A stretch of 64,000 bases of DNA from the NCBI GenBank assembly GCA_951406725.2, contig OX597834.1, positions 27,032,001 through 27,096,000 on the forward strand. Direction: 5' to 3'. Shown piece by piece: positions 25,976 to 39,984 of the stretch. Positions within the stretch are counted from its first letter, which is position 1; every line of letters begins with the position of its first letter. The notes beneath the pieces were generated by a model, which saw only the letters and a list, made by a program, of their open reading frames with translations, was not told the DNA's origin and did not search any database. A program made the position numbers and the translations under genes. The DNA is from Octopus vulgaris. Taxonomy: Eukaryota.

Positions 25976-27397
25976 ACACATTTCCACATATTTCAACACC
26001 GTTTTACATATTCCAATACATTGCTGAATATTTTCTACAAATGTCTTCAAATTTCATTTCTTTTTCACATAATTTAACACATATCTACATATCAAATTAT
26101 TCCTTGATATTTCTATGAATGGCCTCATATTTCAGAATATTTCCACGTATTTCTACACGTTTCCACGTACTTCTAAACACATTTCCACATATTTCAACAC
26201 CGTTTTACATATTCCAATACATTGCTGAATATTTTCTACAAATGTCTTCAAATTTCATTTCTTTTTCACATAATTTAACACATATCTACATATCAAATTA
26301 TTCCTTGATATTTCTATGAATGGCCTCATATTTCAGAATATTTCCACGTATTTCTACACGTTTCCACGTACTTCTAAACACATTTCCACATATTTCAACA
26401 CCGTTTTACATATTCCAATACATTGCTGAATATTTTCTACAAATGTCTTCAAATTTCATTTCTTTTTCACATAATTTAACACATATCTACATATCAAATT
26501 ATTCCTTGATATTTCTATGAATGGCCTCATATTTCAGAATATTTCCACGTATTTCTACACGTTTCCACGTACTTCTAAACACATTTCCACATATTTCAAC
26601 ACCGTTTTACATATTCCAATACATTGCTGAATATTTCTACAAATGTCTTCAAATTTCATTTCTTTTTCACATAATTTAACACATATCTACATATCAAATT
26701 ATTCCTTGATATTTCTATGAATGGCCTCATATTTCAGAATATTTCCACGTATTTCTACACGTTTCCACGTACTTCTAAACACATTTCCACATATTTCAAC
26801 ACCGTTTTACATATTCCAATACATTGCTGAATATTTCTACAAATGTCTTCAAATTTCATTTCTTTTTCACATAATTTAACACATATCTACATATCAAATT
26901 ATTCCTTGATATTTCTATGAATGGCCTCATATTTCAGAATATTTCCACGTATTTCTACACGTTTCCACGTACTTCTAAACACATTTCCGCATATTTCAAC
27001 ACCGTTTTACATATTCCAATACATTGCTGAATATTTTTCTTCAAGTGTCTTCAAATTTCATTTCTTTTTCACATAATTTAACACATATCTACATAACAAA
27101 TTATTCCTTGATATTTCTATGAATGGCCTCATATTTCAGAATATTTCCACGTATTTCTACACGTTTCCACGTACTTCTAAACACATTTCCACATATTTCA
27201 ATACCATTTTACATATTCCAATACATTGCTGAATATTTCTACAAATGTCTTCAAATTTCATTTCTTTTTCACATAATTTAACACATATCTACATATCAAA
27301 TTATTCCTTGATATTTCTATGAATGGCCTCATATTTCAGAATATTTCCACGTATTTCTACACGTTTCCACGTACTTCTAAACACATTTCCGCATATT
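25976..27397. repeat. ~201-bp tandem satellite, ~7 near-identical copies
   Basis: Period 201 (25976 to 26177; identical ORFs at 26119 and 26320); unit built of ATTTCCAC-like subrepeats. Confidence 0.95.
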
Positions 27398-27600
27398 TGG
27401 ATAGATTCCACATTTTTGTACAAATTTCCGTCTATATTTAACACATTTTAATAAATTTCAACGTAATTTTCGAGACATTTTTACATATTTTTACAAATAT
27501 CCACCCAGTTCTACATATTTCCACCCTGAACAACATATTTCTTACGTATTTTCGCATGCAACATACATTTTTGTCACACTACTGACGCATAATTTTCTTC

Positions 27601-27698
27601 GTGGAGGCACATGGCCTAGTGGTGAGAGCAGCGGACTCGCGGTCGAGGGATCGCGGGTTCGAATCTCAGACCGGGCGATGTGTGTGTTTATAAGCAAA
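27601..27698 (+). mobile_element. SINE family C, 5' head only
   Basis: Matches 6178-6275, then breaks into (AG)n. Confidence 0.8.
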
Positions 27699-28077
27699 AT
27701 AGATAGATTGAGAGAGAGAGAGAAACATTACAATTTATTAAGTGAATACGATCGATATAAACTTTTTCCCCTCTACTCATACACGTTGGGAAATATGCTA
27801 ACATATATAAAGAGAGAGAGAGAGAGAGAGAGGGGGGAGATAGAAAGGTCGAGAAAGAAAGAACAGGAAAGAGAGAAAGAGAAAAACAGTGTAACATCTG
27901 ATCATAAACATATTAACGCATCGAATCAGCGACGCCAGAATAGCTACGCCAAAACGCCTCATACCCTAGTCCATGGATCTGGATCGCTACGTTTTCTTGG
28001 CGATCCCTGATGTAAGAAAGGCAAAGTCGACACTAAGATTTGAATTCAGAGTGAAAAGAACTGCCGGAAGAAGTACC

Positions 28078-28865
28078 TATTTCTTTATTGCCCACAAGGG
28101 GCTAAACACAGAGGGGACAAACAAGGACAGACATAGGTATTAAGTCGATTACATCGACCCCAGTACTGCGTAACTGGTACTTAATTTATCGACCCCGAAA
28201 GGATGAAAGGCAAAGTCGACCTCGGCGGAATTCGAACTCACAACGTAACGCAGATGAAATACCTATTTCTTTACTACCCACAAGGGGCTAAACATAGAGG
28301 GGACAAACAAGGACAGACATAGGTATTAAGTCGATTACATCGACCCCAGTACTGCGTAACTGGTACTTAATTTATCGACCCCGAAAGGATGAAAGGCAAA
28401 GTCGACCCTGGCGGAATTCGAACTCACAACGTAACGCAGATGAAATACCTATTTCTTTACTACCCACAAGGGGCTAAACACAGAGGGGACAAACAAGGAC
28501 AGACATAGATATTAAGTCGATTACATCGACCCCAGTGCTGCGTAACTGGTACTTAATTTATCGACCCCGAAAGGATGAAAGGCAAAGTCGACCTCGGCGG
28601 AATTCGAACTCACAACGTAACGCAGATGAAATACCTATTTCTTTACTACCCACAAGGGGCTAAACATAGAGGGGACAAACAAGGACAGACATAGGTATTA
28701 AGTCGATTACATCGACCCCAGTGCTGCGTAACTGGTACTTAATTTATCGACCCCGAAAGGATGAAAGGCAAAGTCGACCTCGGCGGAATTCGAACTCACA
28801 ACGTAACGCAGACGAAATATCGCTAAGCATTTCGCCCGGCGTGCTAACGTTTCTGCCAGCTCGCC
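28078..28865 (-). mobile_element. Family A SINE concatemer: one head plus 4 x 186-bp bodies
   Basis: CCTATTTCTTT at 28076, 28262, 28448 and 28634; single 15-bp TSD GCCGGAAGAAGTACC at 28063-28077 and 28863-28877. Confidence 0.92.
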
Positions 28866-29059
28866 GGAAGAAGTACCGCAGTGCATTTTGTTCGCCACTC
28901 TCAGGATTCTATTGACCTGGGGCCAAATAAATAGCAGCTACAACACCTGATCTACGTTCGATGAGCGATCTAGTCTGGTGCTTTACCATTTCTCCAATTC
29001 CATCATCATCATGAGTGTGGAAAGTTTTCCCAATCTTTCTTTTTACACGAAATCATTCA

Positions 29060-29503
<444 letters not shown>

Positions 29504-30074
29504 ATCAGACATACCTTCTCATATTTCCCCACTCGACACGAGACACACCTTCCCAGCATTCCTTTGCATTTCGGCATTTGCCTCTCCTTTATTTTTTCCT
29601 CTCTAACTCCAGCTCATATACCTTCCCGCCATTCCTTCGCGAACTTCCGGCACATGCCTTCCTCCTATTCCTTTTTTAAAATCCCACCGGATATGCCTTC
29701 CCAGCATTCCTTAGTATTCTTTAGCCATATACCTTTCGAGTTTTAGCTTCTACCACTAGACACTACATATGCGCCTTCGCAGCATACCTTGGTGTTCTTT
29801 CAACGCGTGACTTCCCAGCAATCCTCACTAAGCCCAGCACTCTCAACATTCCAGGATTCAGCGCAGAATACAATAGAAACGTTTCCCAAATTTCTTTACT
29901 CCACTTTCGACACGTGACTTCCCAGCATTCCTCACTTGTCCAAGAGAAATCATCTTCCCAGCGTTCCATACTGCCCGTGAAACAACTTCCTAGAAATCTT
30001 CAATCCGTCCGTCCAACGGCGCACACCTTCCTATAGCATTCCTCACAGCTTTATACACATTTACTCTCTCTCTC

Positions 30075-30488
30075 TTTTACTCTTTTACTCTTTTACTTGT
30101 TTCAGTCATTTCACTGCGGCCATGCTGGAGCACCGCCTTTAATCGAGCAACTCGACCAGGGACTTATTCTTTTTTTTTTAAGCCCAGTACTTATTCTATC
30201 GGTCTCTTTTGCCGAACCGCTAAGTAACGGGGACATAAACACACCAGCATCGGTTGTCAAGCAATGCTAGGGGGACAAACACAGACGCACAAACACACAC
30301 ACGCATATATATATACATATATACGACGGGCTTCTTTCAGTTTCCGTCTACCAAATCCACTCACAAGGCTTTGGTCGGCCCGAGACTATAGTAGAAGACA
30401 CTTGCCCAAGGTGTCACGCAGTGGGACTGAACCCGGAACCATGTGGTTGGTAAACAAGCTACTTACCACACAGCCACTCCTGCGCCTA
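30075..30488 (-). mobile_element. SINE family B, young full-length copy
   Basis: Close match to 11129 and 44255 copies; (CTCTTTTA)n tail. Confidence 0.92.
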
Positions 30489-30646
30489 TTTCTTCCCAGT
30501 ATTCCTTACCTATACCTGTGTATGCGCCTTCCTTGAATATCTAGTTACACATTGTAACTCCAGAAAGGGTGGCACCCATCCAGATATATTAGGATAAATA
30601 TACCCAGAGTTTGTGCTAAAACTAATGGGAGATTTTTATGTTTAAA

Positions 30647-31150
30647 CTAGCAGTATCGCCCGGCGTTGCTCGGGTTTGTAAGGGAAATAACTATATAAGC
30701 ATTTTTAGAGAGTTATAGTCAAAAAATAAAGAAAAAAAATGCATTAAAAATGAAAAAAAAATTATGGTAAATTCTTTTAAAAATCGTTGACTCATCGTAG
30801 ACATTTTTAGAGAGTTACTTTCCTTATATAATAGCGAAAAAAATGCATTAAAAATGGAAAAAAAATTATGGTAAATTTTTTTTTAAATCGTTGACTCATC
30901 GTAGACATTTTTAGAGAGTTACTTCCCTTATATTATAGCGAAAACAATGCATTAAAATGGAAAAAAATGATGGTAATTTTTTTAAAAATCGCAGACTCAT
31001 CGTAGACGCGCGCTAATACCCAGAAGGGCTCGATATGAATCACGACTATAAGATACCCGGTTTTGGTTAAACTGGACCGCAAAATGTGGGAGTAGTTAGG
31101 AATCTAAATCGTAGGAGACAGACACACAACTTCACTTTTATGTATATAGA
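30647..31150 (-). mobile_element. Non-autonomous Helitron
   Basis: Minus strand begins TCTATATAC and ends with hairpin CCCG(AGCAACGC)CGGG then CGATACTG-CTAG; inserted between A and T with no TSD; three internal ~100-bp direct repeats. Confidence 0.85.
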
Positions 31151-31969
31151 TATTCAGCCGCCATGATAGACGCTGCTCTTTCTCTTTTCACTAAGATATA
31201 CCCAAATTTTGTGCTGAAACTGTTCAGATCATGGATGATTCGCACTTATGAAGAGGATGTAACGGGAAAGAATCACAAGGTAAATTCTTCAAATCGATCC
31301 GATTGGCATGAGGCAGATTAAGGACGAGATGATTGGATAATATCCATAGTCTCGGTTGATTACACTTGGAAATCCAAGGGATAAGTTCAAGGACCCTATG
31401 GAAGTTCAAGGACCCTATGGAAGAGGTACCTGGGGACTGTGCTCCCACGATCCCTCCCAGGCCGGAGAAAATTGATGGATGGATCAAGTCTATAGTATAA
31501 AAATACATTGTCATTTATGAAGGTCATACAGTGGGGAATTCTGGGAAGGTACGTGTACTTCCGACACAAAACTAGTACTGAGAATACAAGGGAGCGGATT
31601 GTATGAGAAGTTTGCATTGGAATGCTGCGATGGCGGAAGTGCGTCCCTTAAAGACGATTACAGACCAAGGCATTCTGGGAAAGTGTTTGTATCTGTAGTG
31701 AACTGTGAAGAATTCGGTGAGAGAAACGCTTCTACAGTTAACAAAGAAAAGCGGTGCATGTTTGCGTTTGTGTGTGTATTTTTGTGTGTGTGTGTGTGTG
31801 CGTGTGTGTGTGTGTGTTTGTGTGTGTGTATGTGTGTGTGAAATGATGGTGATGGTGGTGGTGGGAAAATAAAAAAGGACAGAGTGTGCCTTTATATGAA
31901 GTAAGGAATCATCGGAAGAATACGTTTAGTGCAATGAGGGGGTGACGGGAAAGTGTATGTATAAATCTA

Positions 31970-32015
<46 letters not shown>

Positions 32016-32175
32016 AGTATATATGTACGTATGTATCTATATGAATGTATATAGTGTAGTATATATATATATGTATATACATACATACATACATACATAC
32101 ACACACACACATTTATATATATACACACATACAAATATATATACTTTATTAAAAAGCAGCAAAATATCACAAAAA

Positions 32176-32215
32176 CTATTACTCAGAATTTCATGTTCCC
32201 GTTCGTCGGAAAAGT
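32176..32215 (-). ncRNA. Degenerate hammerhead motif
   Basis: Minus strand CCGACGA-ACG(GGAA)CAT-GAAATTC(T)GAGTA-ATAG. Confidence 0.35.
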
Positions 32216-32613
32216 TTTGGTTAGATTCTCCAGCACATTTTTATATAATTTGTTTTTATTAAAATTACATGCACAAATATATCTATACATACCTACATGT
32301 ATACAAGTACAAAAAGAGATATGAGTGTGCATGCACAATATATATACCAAATACGGCCAAATTGTGATAGCAGATATGATTATGATATAGCTAACACGGT
32401 AACAACGTCGGAAAACGAAGTTAGAACTGCCAGATATACGAATAAATATAATAAATGCTCATGCAGAGAAAAATCAATTTGCCCATTGATGAACCTCTGT
32501 ATGAGTACAAATCTTGTATATAAATGTACCGTGCACAGAAGGGGAGGACCGTATGTTTACATTGAGCAACCGACTGGTGATACTCTTATTTTCACAACGA
32601 GTTATTTCTATTT

Positions 32614-32718
32614 ATTACCCGAAGAGACACATCTGCACGGACAAATGCTCCTGAACCAGTTGTTAAGTATCCCACCCGTAAGGGATCGATGTTAGATAGG
32701 TCGAAACAATTGTAGTGG

Positions 32719-32719
<1 letters not shown>
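32614..32719 (+). ncRNA. Hammerhead motif with long stem II (U4C variant)
   Basis: ATTAC-CCGAAGA-GAC...GTC-GAAAC-AATT-GTA-GTGGT; palindromic stem III ACAATTGT. Confidence 0.55.
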
Positions 32720-32775
<56 letters not shown>

Positions 32776-32784
32776 TTTATCAGT

Positions 32785-32873
32785 CTTTTACTTGTTTCAG
32801 TCATTTGACTGCGGCTATGCTGGGGCACTGACCTGAAGAGTTTTTAGCCGAATGAATCGATCCAAGTACTTAC

Positions 32874-32955
<82 letters not shown>

Positions 32956-33122
32956 TTGAGCTTGGTATTTTCATTCTATCGGTCACTTTTTCCAGAACCG
33001 CTAGCTGACGGGAAAGTAAACAAACCAATACCAGTCGTCAAGCGGTGGAGGAGAAACACAGACATAAGGACACATACACAAACACATATATTTATCTACA
33101 CATATATATGCATATCTATCTA

Positions 33123-33183
<61 letters not shown>

Positions 33184-33195
33184 TCACATACATAC

Positions 33196-33228
<33 letters not shown>

Positions 33229-33257
33229 CTTATATATATATATGTATATACATATAA

Positions 33258-33296
<39 letters not shown>

Positions 33297-33487
33297 CGTA
33301 TATATATGTGTGTGTTTTTATGTATGTACATACAATACTGGCTGTCAAATTTAACAAATTTACTCACATAACTTTGATTAGTATGGAGCAATAATAGAAG
33401 ACACTTGTTCAAAGTGCTACGGAGGAGGACTGAACCAGGAACCACGTAGTTGGGAAGCAAACATCCTACCACACACAGTCACGCCCA
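32785..33487 (-). mobile_element. Older SINE family B with two expanded internal microsatellites
   Basis: Family B motifs interrupted by (TTA)n and ~250 bp of TA-rich repeat. Confidence 0.8.
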
Positions 33488-33626
33488 TCCGTGTACATCC
33501 ATCCATCCATCCATACATACATACATCCATCCATACATACATACATACATATATGGTTATATTTGGTTGTTTAGCAACATTAAAACGCGGCAACGGAATA
33601 TTAAAAAGGTGAGGAAATACATGCGT

Positions 33627-33679
<53 letters not shown>

Positions 33680-34041
33680 AACAAACACGTTCCCCTCCGC
33701 TTAATTATCATGCAGATAAATATTTTAGTTTTTGCTATCGAGTGTTAATCTATCGGAGATCAATCTATTTATGGAGTAAACAATCAAATTACTACTAATA
33801 TTATAATTGCAGGTGGTTAAATGTGGTGGTCGTGGTGGTGGTGGTCGTGGGTGGAGATTTCATGGTTATTTATTAGAGATATGTTCGTTAATCAAATTAT
33901 TTTAATTGAACCATCAATCAACTGAACAGCATGTCTGTGTGTCTCTCGGTTCTTCGGTGTGTGTGTGTGTGTGTGTAAGTGCGCTTTTACCTGTACACAT
34001 ACATTCTGTGCATGCTTGAAGAGAGTATTTATACATGTGCG

Positions 34042-34097
<56 letters not shown>

Positions 34098-34208
34098 TCT
34101 GTGTGTGTGTGTGTGTGTATGTGTGTACAGTAAGGTTTATTTGACAACATAAACTTTACTAGTCAGTTCTGTTTCTATATAGATCTCATTCAGAGATTTA
34201 GAATTAGT

Positions 34209-34295
<87 letters not shown>

Positions 34296-34464
34296 TATAA
34301 ATGTATACATATTTACCTTCATGTGTGTGTGTGTGTGTGTGTGCGTGTGCGACGTAAGCATGTACACGGACACATACACATAAAATATATACACACACAC
34401 ACACATATACATATAAATGTATGTTTATAAATACATATGCATGCACCTATGCATGCATGTATAC

Positions 34465-34511
<47 letters not shown>

Positions 34512-34617
34512 TGTACATATATACATATATATATATACACATACAAATATATATATATATATACATATTCATATACATACATGCATATATATATAGCTGC
34601 ACACGTTTATTATGTAA

Positions 34618-34656
<39 letters not shown>

Positions 34657-34675
34657 TACATATAACACACACACA

Positions 34676-34765
<90 letters not shown>

Positions 34766-35237
34766 TGTATAACATATAACGAGATAAACGGCACATATTG
34801 GCGCAGATAGCAGGGTCTACAAAATAAATCTATGGAGCCCTCCTAATGTTATGCCCCCCAAAACCAAGATAAGATCTCTGATACTAATGGTGTGATAGAG
34901 ATCGGTGGAATTAGGGGTGTTGGGAAAGGAAGGGGGATAGAATGCGGAGTTAGAAATATGTTACGTATATCGGGGTAGGGCGGAAGTCTAACAAGTTGTT
35001 TTATAGTATCGGAGGAACGCCAAACCACGGTGTTCGGGGCTAAGCCACCCGGCATTGATTGCAACGGGGTGGTTGGGGAATCGCTAGTTTAAACATTTGA
35101 TATATGTATACATGAGTGATATGTGTATACATGAGTGAGTGTTTAAATATACATGAGCTTGTTCATAAATACATACGTAGCGCATATGTGTGTATATAAA
35201 TATTACATAGATAATAATATATGTATGTATATATATG

Positions 35238-35269
<32 letters not shown>

Positions 35270-35277
35270 TATGTATG

Positions 35278-35335
<58 letters not shown>

Positions 35336-35336
35336 G

Positions 35337-35417
<81 letters not shown>

Positions 35418-35582
35418 CTCTTTTACTCTATTTCTCTCTCCATATTTATCTGTTTGTCGTCTGTCTCCCTGTCTCTATATCTCTCTATATAATGAATTAA
35501 TATATATATACATACAGACAGACATACATACATACGTACATACATACATACAAACATACATACATACAGATAGATAGATAGG

Positions 35583-35686
<104 letters not shown>

Positions 35687-36175
35687 AAGATAGATAGATA
35701 GATAGACAGATAGATAGATACATAGATGTAGAAACAAATACAAACATATACAAACATACATACATAAATACATACATTCATGCATACGGAATGTATATAT
35801 GTGTGTGTGTTGTGTGTGTGTGTGTGTGTTGTTCATGTGTGTATGTGTGTGCATTTGTGCGTGTGTTTATATAAAGAGAGATATATGAGTGATATATTTG
35901 TTTATACTCCCGAATGGAGTATAAAAGAATAAATTAATCGTCCAAAGATTATCAAATTAATTACATACTATAATTAATATACTTGGAATTAAACGGGGCC
36001 CACGTCGCTAACACCTGTATTTTATTTTCATTGGGTATTTTCATGAGATAAAAGATAGTGATGTATACTATCCGTACTCTGAGTTGATACCCACGAATAA
36101 CTACCAAGAGTAATACATAAAAACGTAGACACATATATACACACACGTTTAAATTTATACATATACACACACATA

Positions 36176-36230
<55 letters not shown>

Positions 36231-36398
36231 GTATGTATATACTGTATATATATATATATATATTTATATAATTGTATACAGATATATTTGTATATTATAT
36301 ACAAGTATTTAATGACTTCGATGTTTCAATTTGAAGTCACTAAATTCCCTGCATACCCACGATCAGAAAATATATGTGTGTATACATACATATATATG

Positions 36399-36555
<157 letters not shown>

Positions 36556-36744
36556 CGAATGTATGTATGCATTTATGGATGTATATGTTTTTGTATAGAG
36601 AGATAGATGTGTATTAACCAATAATTAGATGTATATATATGTGAGTATATATGGTAATGCGTAAATACATGAGCACACAATTGAAGGTATGCTAAGAACT
36701 GTAGTTAACTATTTAAGCATAAGTGTGTATATTTGTGTTTGTGC

Positions 36745-36941
<197 letters not shown>

Positions 36942-37265
36942 CATGAGTAAACACATAAATGCAAAACAAGGTGGAAAAAAGAGTACTCGAATACCGAAGG
37001 TAGAGTAATGTTTTTTATTATTTTTTTTGCAGTTTAAAAAAAAAATACATACATACATACATACATATGCGTGTAAATATATATGCATGTATGTATATAT
37101 GTTTGTATATATATATATTTTTATATATGTGTGTGTGTGTGTGTCCATTTGTGAGTGTATATATATATACACTCACATACATGTATATATATATATATAC
37201 ACTCACATACATGTATAACTTTGAGAACTTAATAGCATCACCTGATGAAGTCTTTTAGTCATATA

Positions 37266-37418
37266 TATTTCTTTACTACCCACAAGGAGCTAAACACAGA
37301 GGGGACAAACAAGGACCGACAAACGGATTAAGTCGATTACATCGACCCCAGTGCGTAACTGGTACTTAATTTATCGACCCCGAAAGGATGAAAGGCAAAG
37401 TCGACCTCGGCGGAATTT
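37266..37418 (-). mobile_element. 5'-truncated family A SINE
   Basis: Matches 3' half of 2551-2781. Confidence 0.9.
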
Positions 37419-37419
37419 G

Positions 37420-38008
37420 TCATATATGGGGCACTATGGCCCACACTAGCAAAGAGTTATCATTGTTGGAGATATAACCGGGCGTAGGAGGTTGGTCCGG
37501 GTTCTTTTGAAGAAATTTGTCCTGTGAACCTTTGAATTTTATGGGATCCGTTTCCGTTTTGACGTATTTTTGAATGGTATTAAAGTAAGCTGGACCGGTT
37601 TAGGTAAAGTAATTGTGACGCAATTTTGTTATGTGTACCGAGTTCGACTTTAGTAGTGGGTGGATAGCCCGGTTACCAAGTCTTGGATGGATTTTAAAAT
37701 TAATGCCAGCATCATTTGTGCAATATTGATGGAATATTTTCCACATCACACACATGATGTAGCGCTCCTGGCGGCGTTAGAAAGAGTAGAGATTGAGTTT
37801 TTTTAGTCGACCCCAATAGTCAATGCCTCTCATGCCGTATATCTTTCATGTTATTGACCCCTGAAGTGTTTCCACTTTCATAATCAGTTGCTCTGTATGG
37901 GGAGACCACATTGGGCAACAGTATTCAAGGTGGGGGTCGGGCAAAAGTAGAGTAGAGAAGGGATGATGGTGTAGGCATCTCTAGACCGGAAAGTTCTCAG
38001 AATCCAGA
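37420..38008 (-). pseudogene. Decayed CR1/Jockey-group LINE ORF2 C-terminus (second family)
   Basis: Manual translation across frameshifts and stops: WILRTFRSRD..LYSTFARPHLEYCCPMWSPH ... DKFLQKNPDQPPTPGYISNNDNSLLVW*. Confidence 0.8.
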
Positions 38009-38054
38009 ATATATATATATATATATATATATATTCTTTTTCTTTTCTTTTATT

Positions 38055-38420
38055 CTTTTACTTGTTTGTCATTTGACTGCGGCCATGCTGGAGCACCGCC
38101 TTTTAGTCGAGCAACTCGACCCCGGGACTTATTCTTTTGTAAGCCCAGTACTTATTCTATCGGTCTCTTTTGCCGAACCGCTAAATAACGGGGACGTAAA
38201 CACACCAGCATCGGTTGTCAAGCAATGCTAGGGGGAGAAACACAGACATAGAAATACACACTCGCATACATACATATATATATATATATACGACGGGCTT
38301 CTTTCAGTTTCCGTCTACCAAATCCACTCACAAGGCTTTGGTCGGCCCGAGGCTATAGTAGAAGACACTTGCCCAAGGTGCCACGCAGTGGGACTGAAAC
38401 CGCATCCATGTGGTTGGTAG
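38055..38420 (-). mobile_element. SINE family B, 5' end clipped
   Basis: Match to reference copy. Confidence 0.9.
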
Positions 38421-38681
38421 ACACGCTTCATGGGCAGGTATAAGTAAGGGACTTCGCGCTTGAGTCTCCCCAGACGGGACCTATTATAAGTCCAACCAAT
38501 GAGAAAGTACACATGCACATAGACTCACGGGCAAGCGCGCACACTCATTAACGTCTGTCACTATGTGGAATTATAATAATAGTGTAAATACTTTTTGAAC
38601 AGTAAATAATTCTTATATTTTTACATAAGTAATGGTAATATTATCTTCGAAATTCTGATCTGCCTTCACCAAACTGAATAC

Positions 38682-38720
<39 letters not shown>

Positions 38721-38725
38721 CATAC

Positions 38726-38782
<57 letters not shown>

Positions 38783-39227
38783 TATATGTATGCGTGTTAT
38801 ATCTACCTATAACTATCTATCTATTTACGTATATAGATGTCGATATATACACGTATGTTTATTTATATTCCAGTATGCATGTGTGTGTGTTTGTGTGAAT
38901 GTGTGTGTATGAATGTGTGCGTGTATGTATGTATTTTAGCATGTATGTATATATATATATATATACACACACACAGACACACACATATACAGACATATAT
39001 ATATGTGTATATAAAGTAAAAGAAGCTCGCCGTACATATATATATACACATACATACACAGATATGAATGTATGTATATATATATATACATATACATACA
39101 TACATATATATATATATAAATGTGTGTATATAGTGTATATATGTATGTATATACATATACACATACATACATATATATATGTATATACATGTATGTGCAT
39201 ATACATATGCACACACACATATACATG

Positions 39228-39293
<66 letters not shown>

Positions 39294-39330
39294 TATATTT
39301 ACAATATCCAATTTTAGATTTAAATTTCAA

Positions 39331-39417
39331 TTCACCTGAAGAAAATGGCTTGTTTATATGATGTAATTGATTTGTTCACTTATAAAAAAAAAACGCGTAT
39401 GAAACAGCTGTAGTGAA
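39331..39417 (+). ncRNA. Type-I hammerhead ribozyme motif
   Basis: TTCAC-CTGAAGA-[58 nt]-GAAAC-AGCT-GTA-GTGAA; perfect 5-bp stem I, palindromic ACAGCTGT stem III, GUA triplet; stem II weak. Confidence 0.65.
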
Positions 39418-39523
39418 CTTCCATACATTTGTGTTTATATATATATATATATATATATTTATTTATTTACGTAGAAAGAAAGACATATAGAGACAGAGAG
39501 AAGAGAAGAGAAAGATAGAAAGC

Positions 39524-39586
<63 letters not shown>

Positions 39587-39949
39587 GGATGGATGGATGG
39601 ATGGAGATAGATAGATGGATGGATGGATGGATGGATAGATAGATAGATAGATGGATGGATGGATGGATAGATAGATAGATGGATGGATGGATGGATAGAT
39701 AGATAGATAGATAGATAGAGAAATGAAAAGAAATGTTTATGTATATCAAACATGTCCCTTCACTCGAGCACATTCGCACACTCGCATACACATACAGGCT
39801 GCTTTATAATACACAAATACACACACACACACAGAGGCGCGCACCCAGCCTCCACAAGTATATATAATATATATATATATGTATATATATTAACATAGAC
39901 GCACACATATGTGTGTGAGTCTGTGTGTAGAGAAGAACACATACTTACA

Positions 39950-39984
<35 letters not shown>

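Larger units (their letters stand above)
32140..32722 (+). mobile_element. Penelope-like element fragment (start of GIY-YIG region) with outward-facing hammerhead motifs
   Basis: ORF 32297-32695 contains CSCREKSICPLMNLCMSTNLVYKCTV......YVYIEQ, resembling the PLE CxC-CPL-C-VY-YIG motif; both ends abut (TA)n. Confidence 0.75.

Noticed and set aside
26119-26520. Duplicated 66-aa ORFs
   Set aside because: Products of the 201-bp satellite; broken by indels in other units
28078-28865. SINE concatemers as classical hammerhead retrozymes
   Set aside because: No CTGANGA/GAAA hammerhead core seen in the unit on either strand
37240-37262. Hammerhead at CTGATGAAGTC
   Set aside because: Cut off by a SINE insertion; no GAAA half
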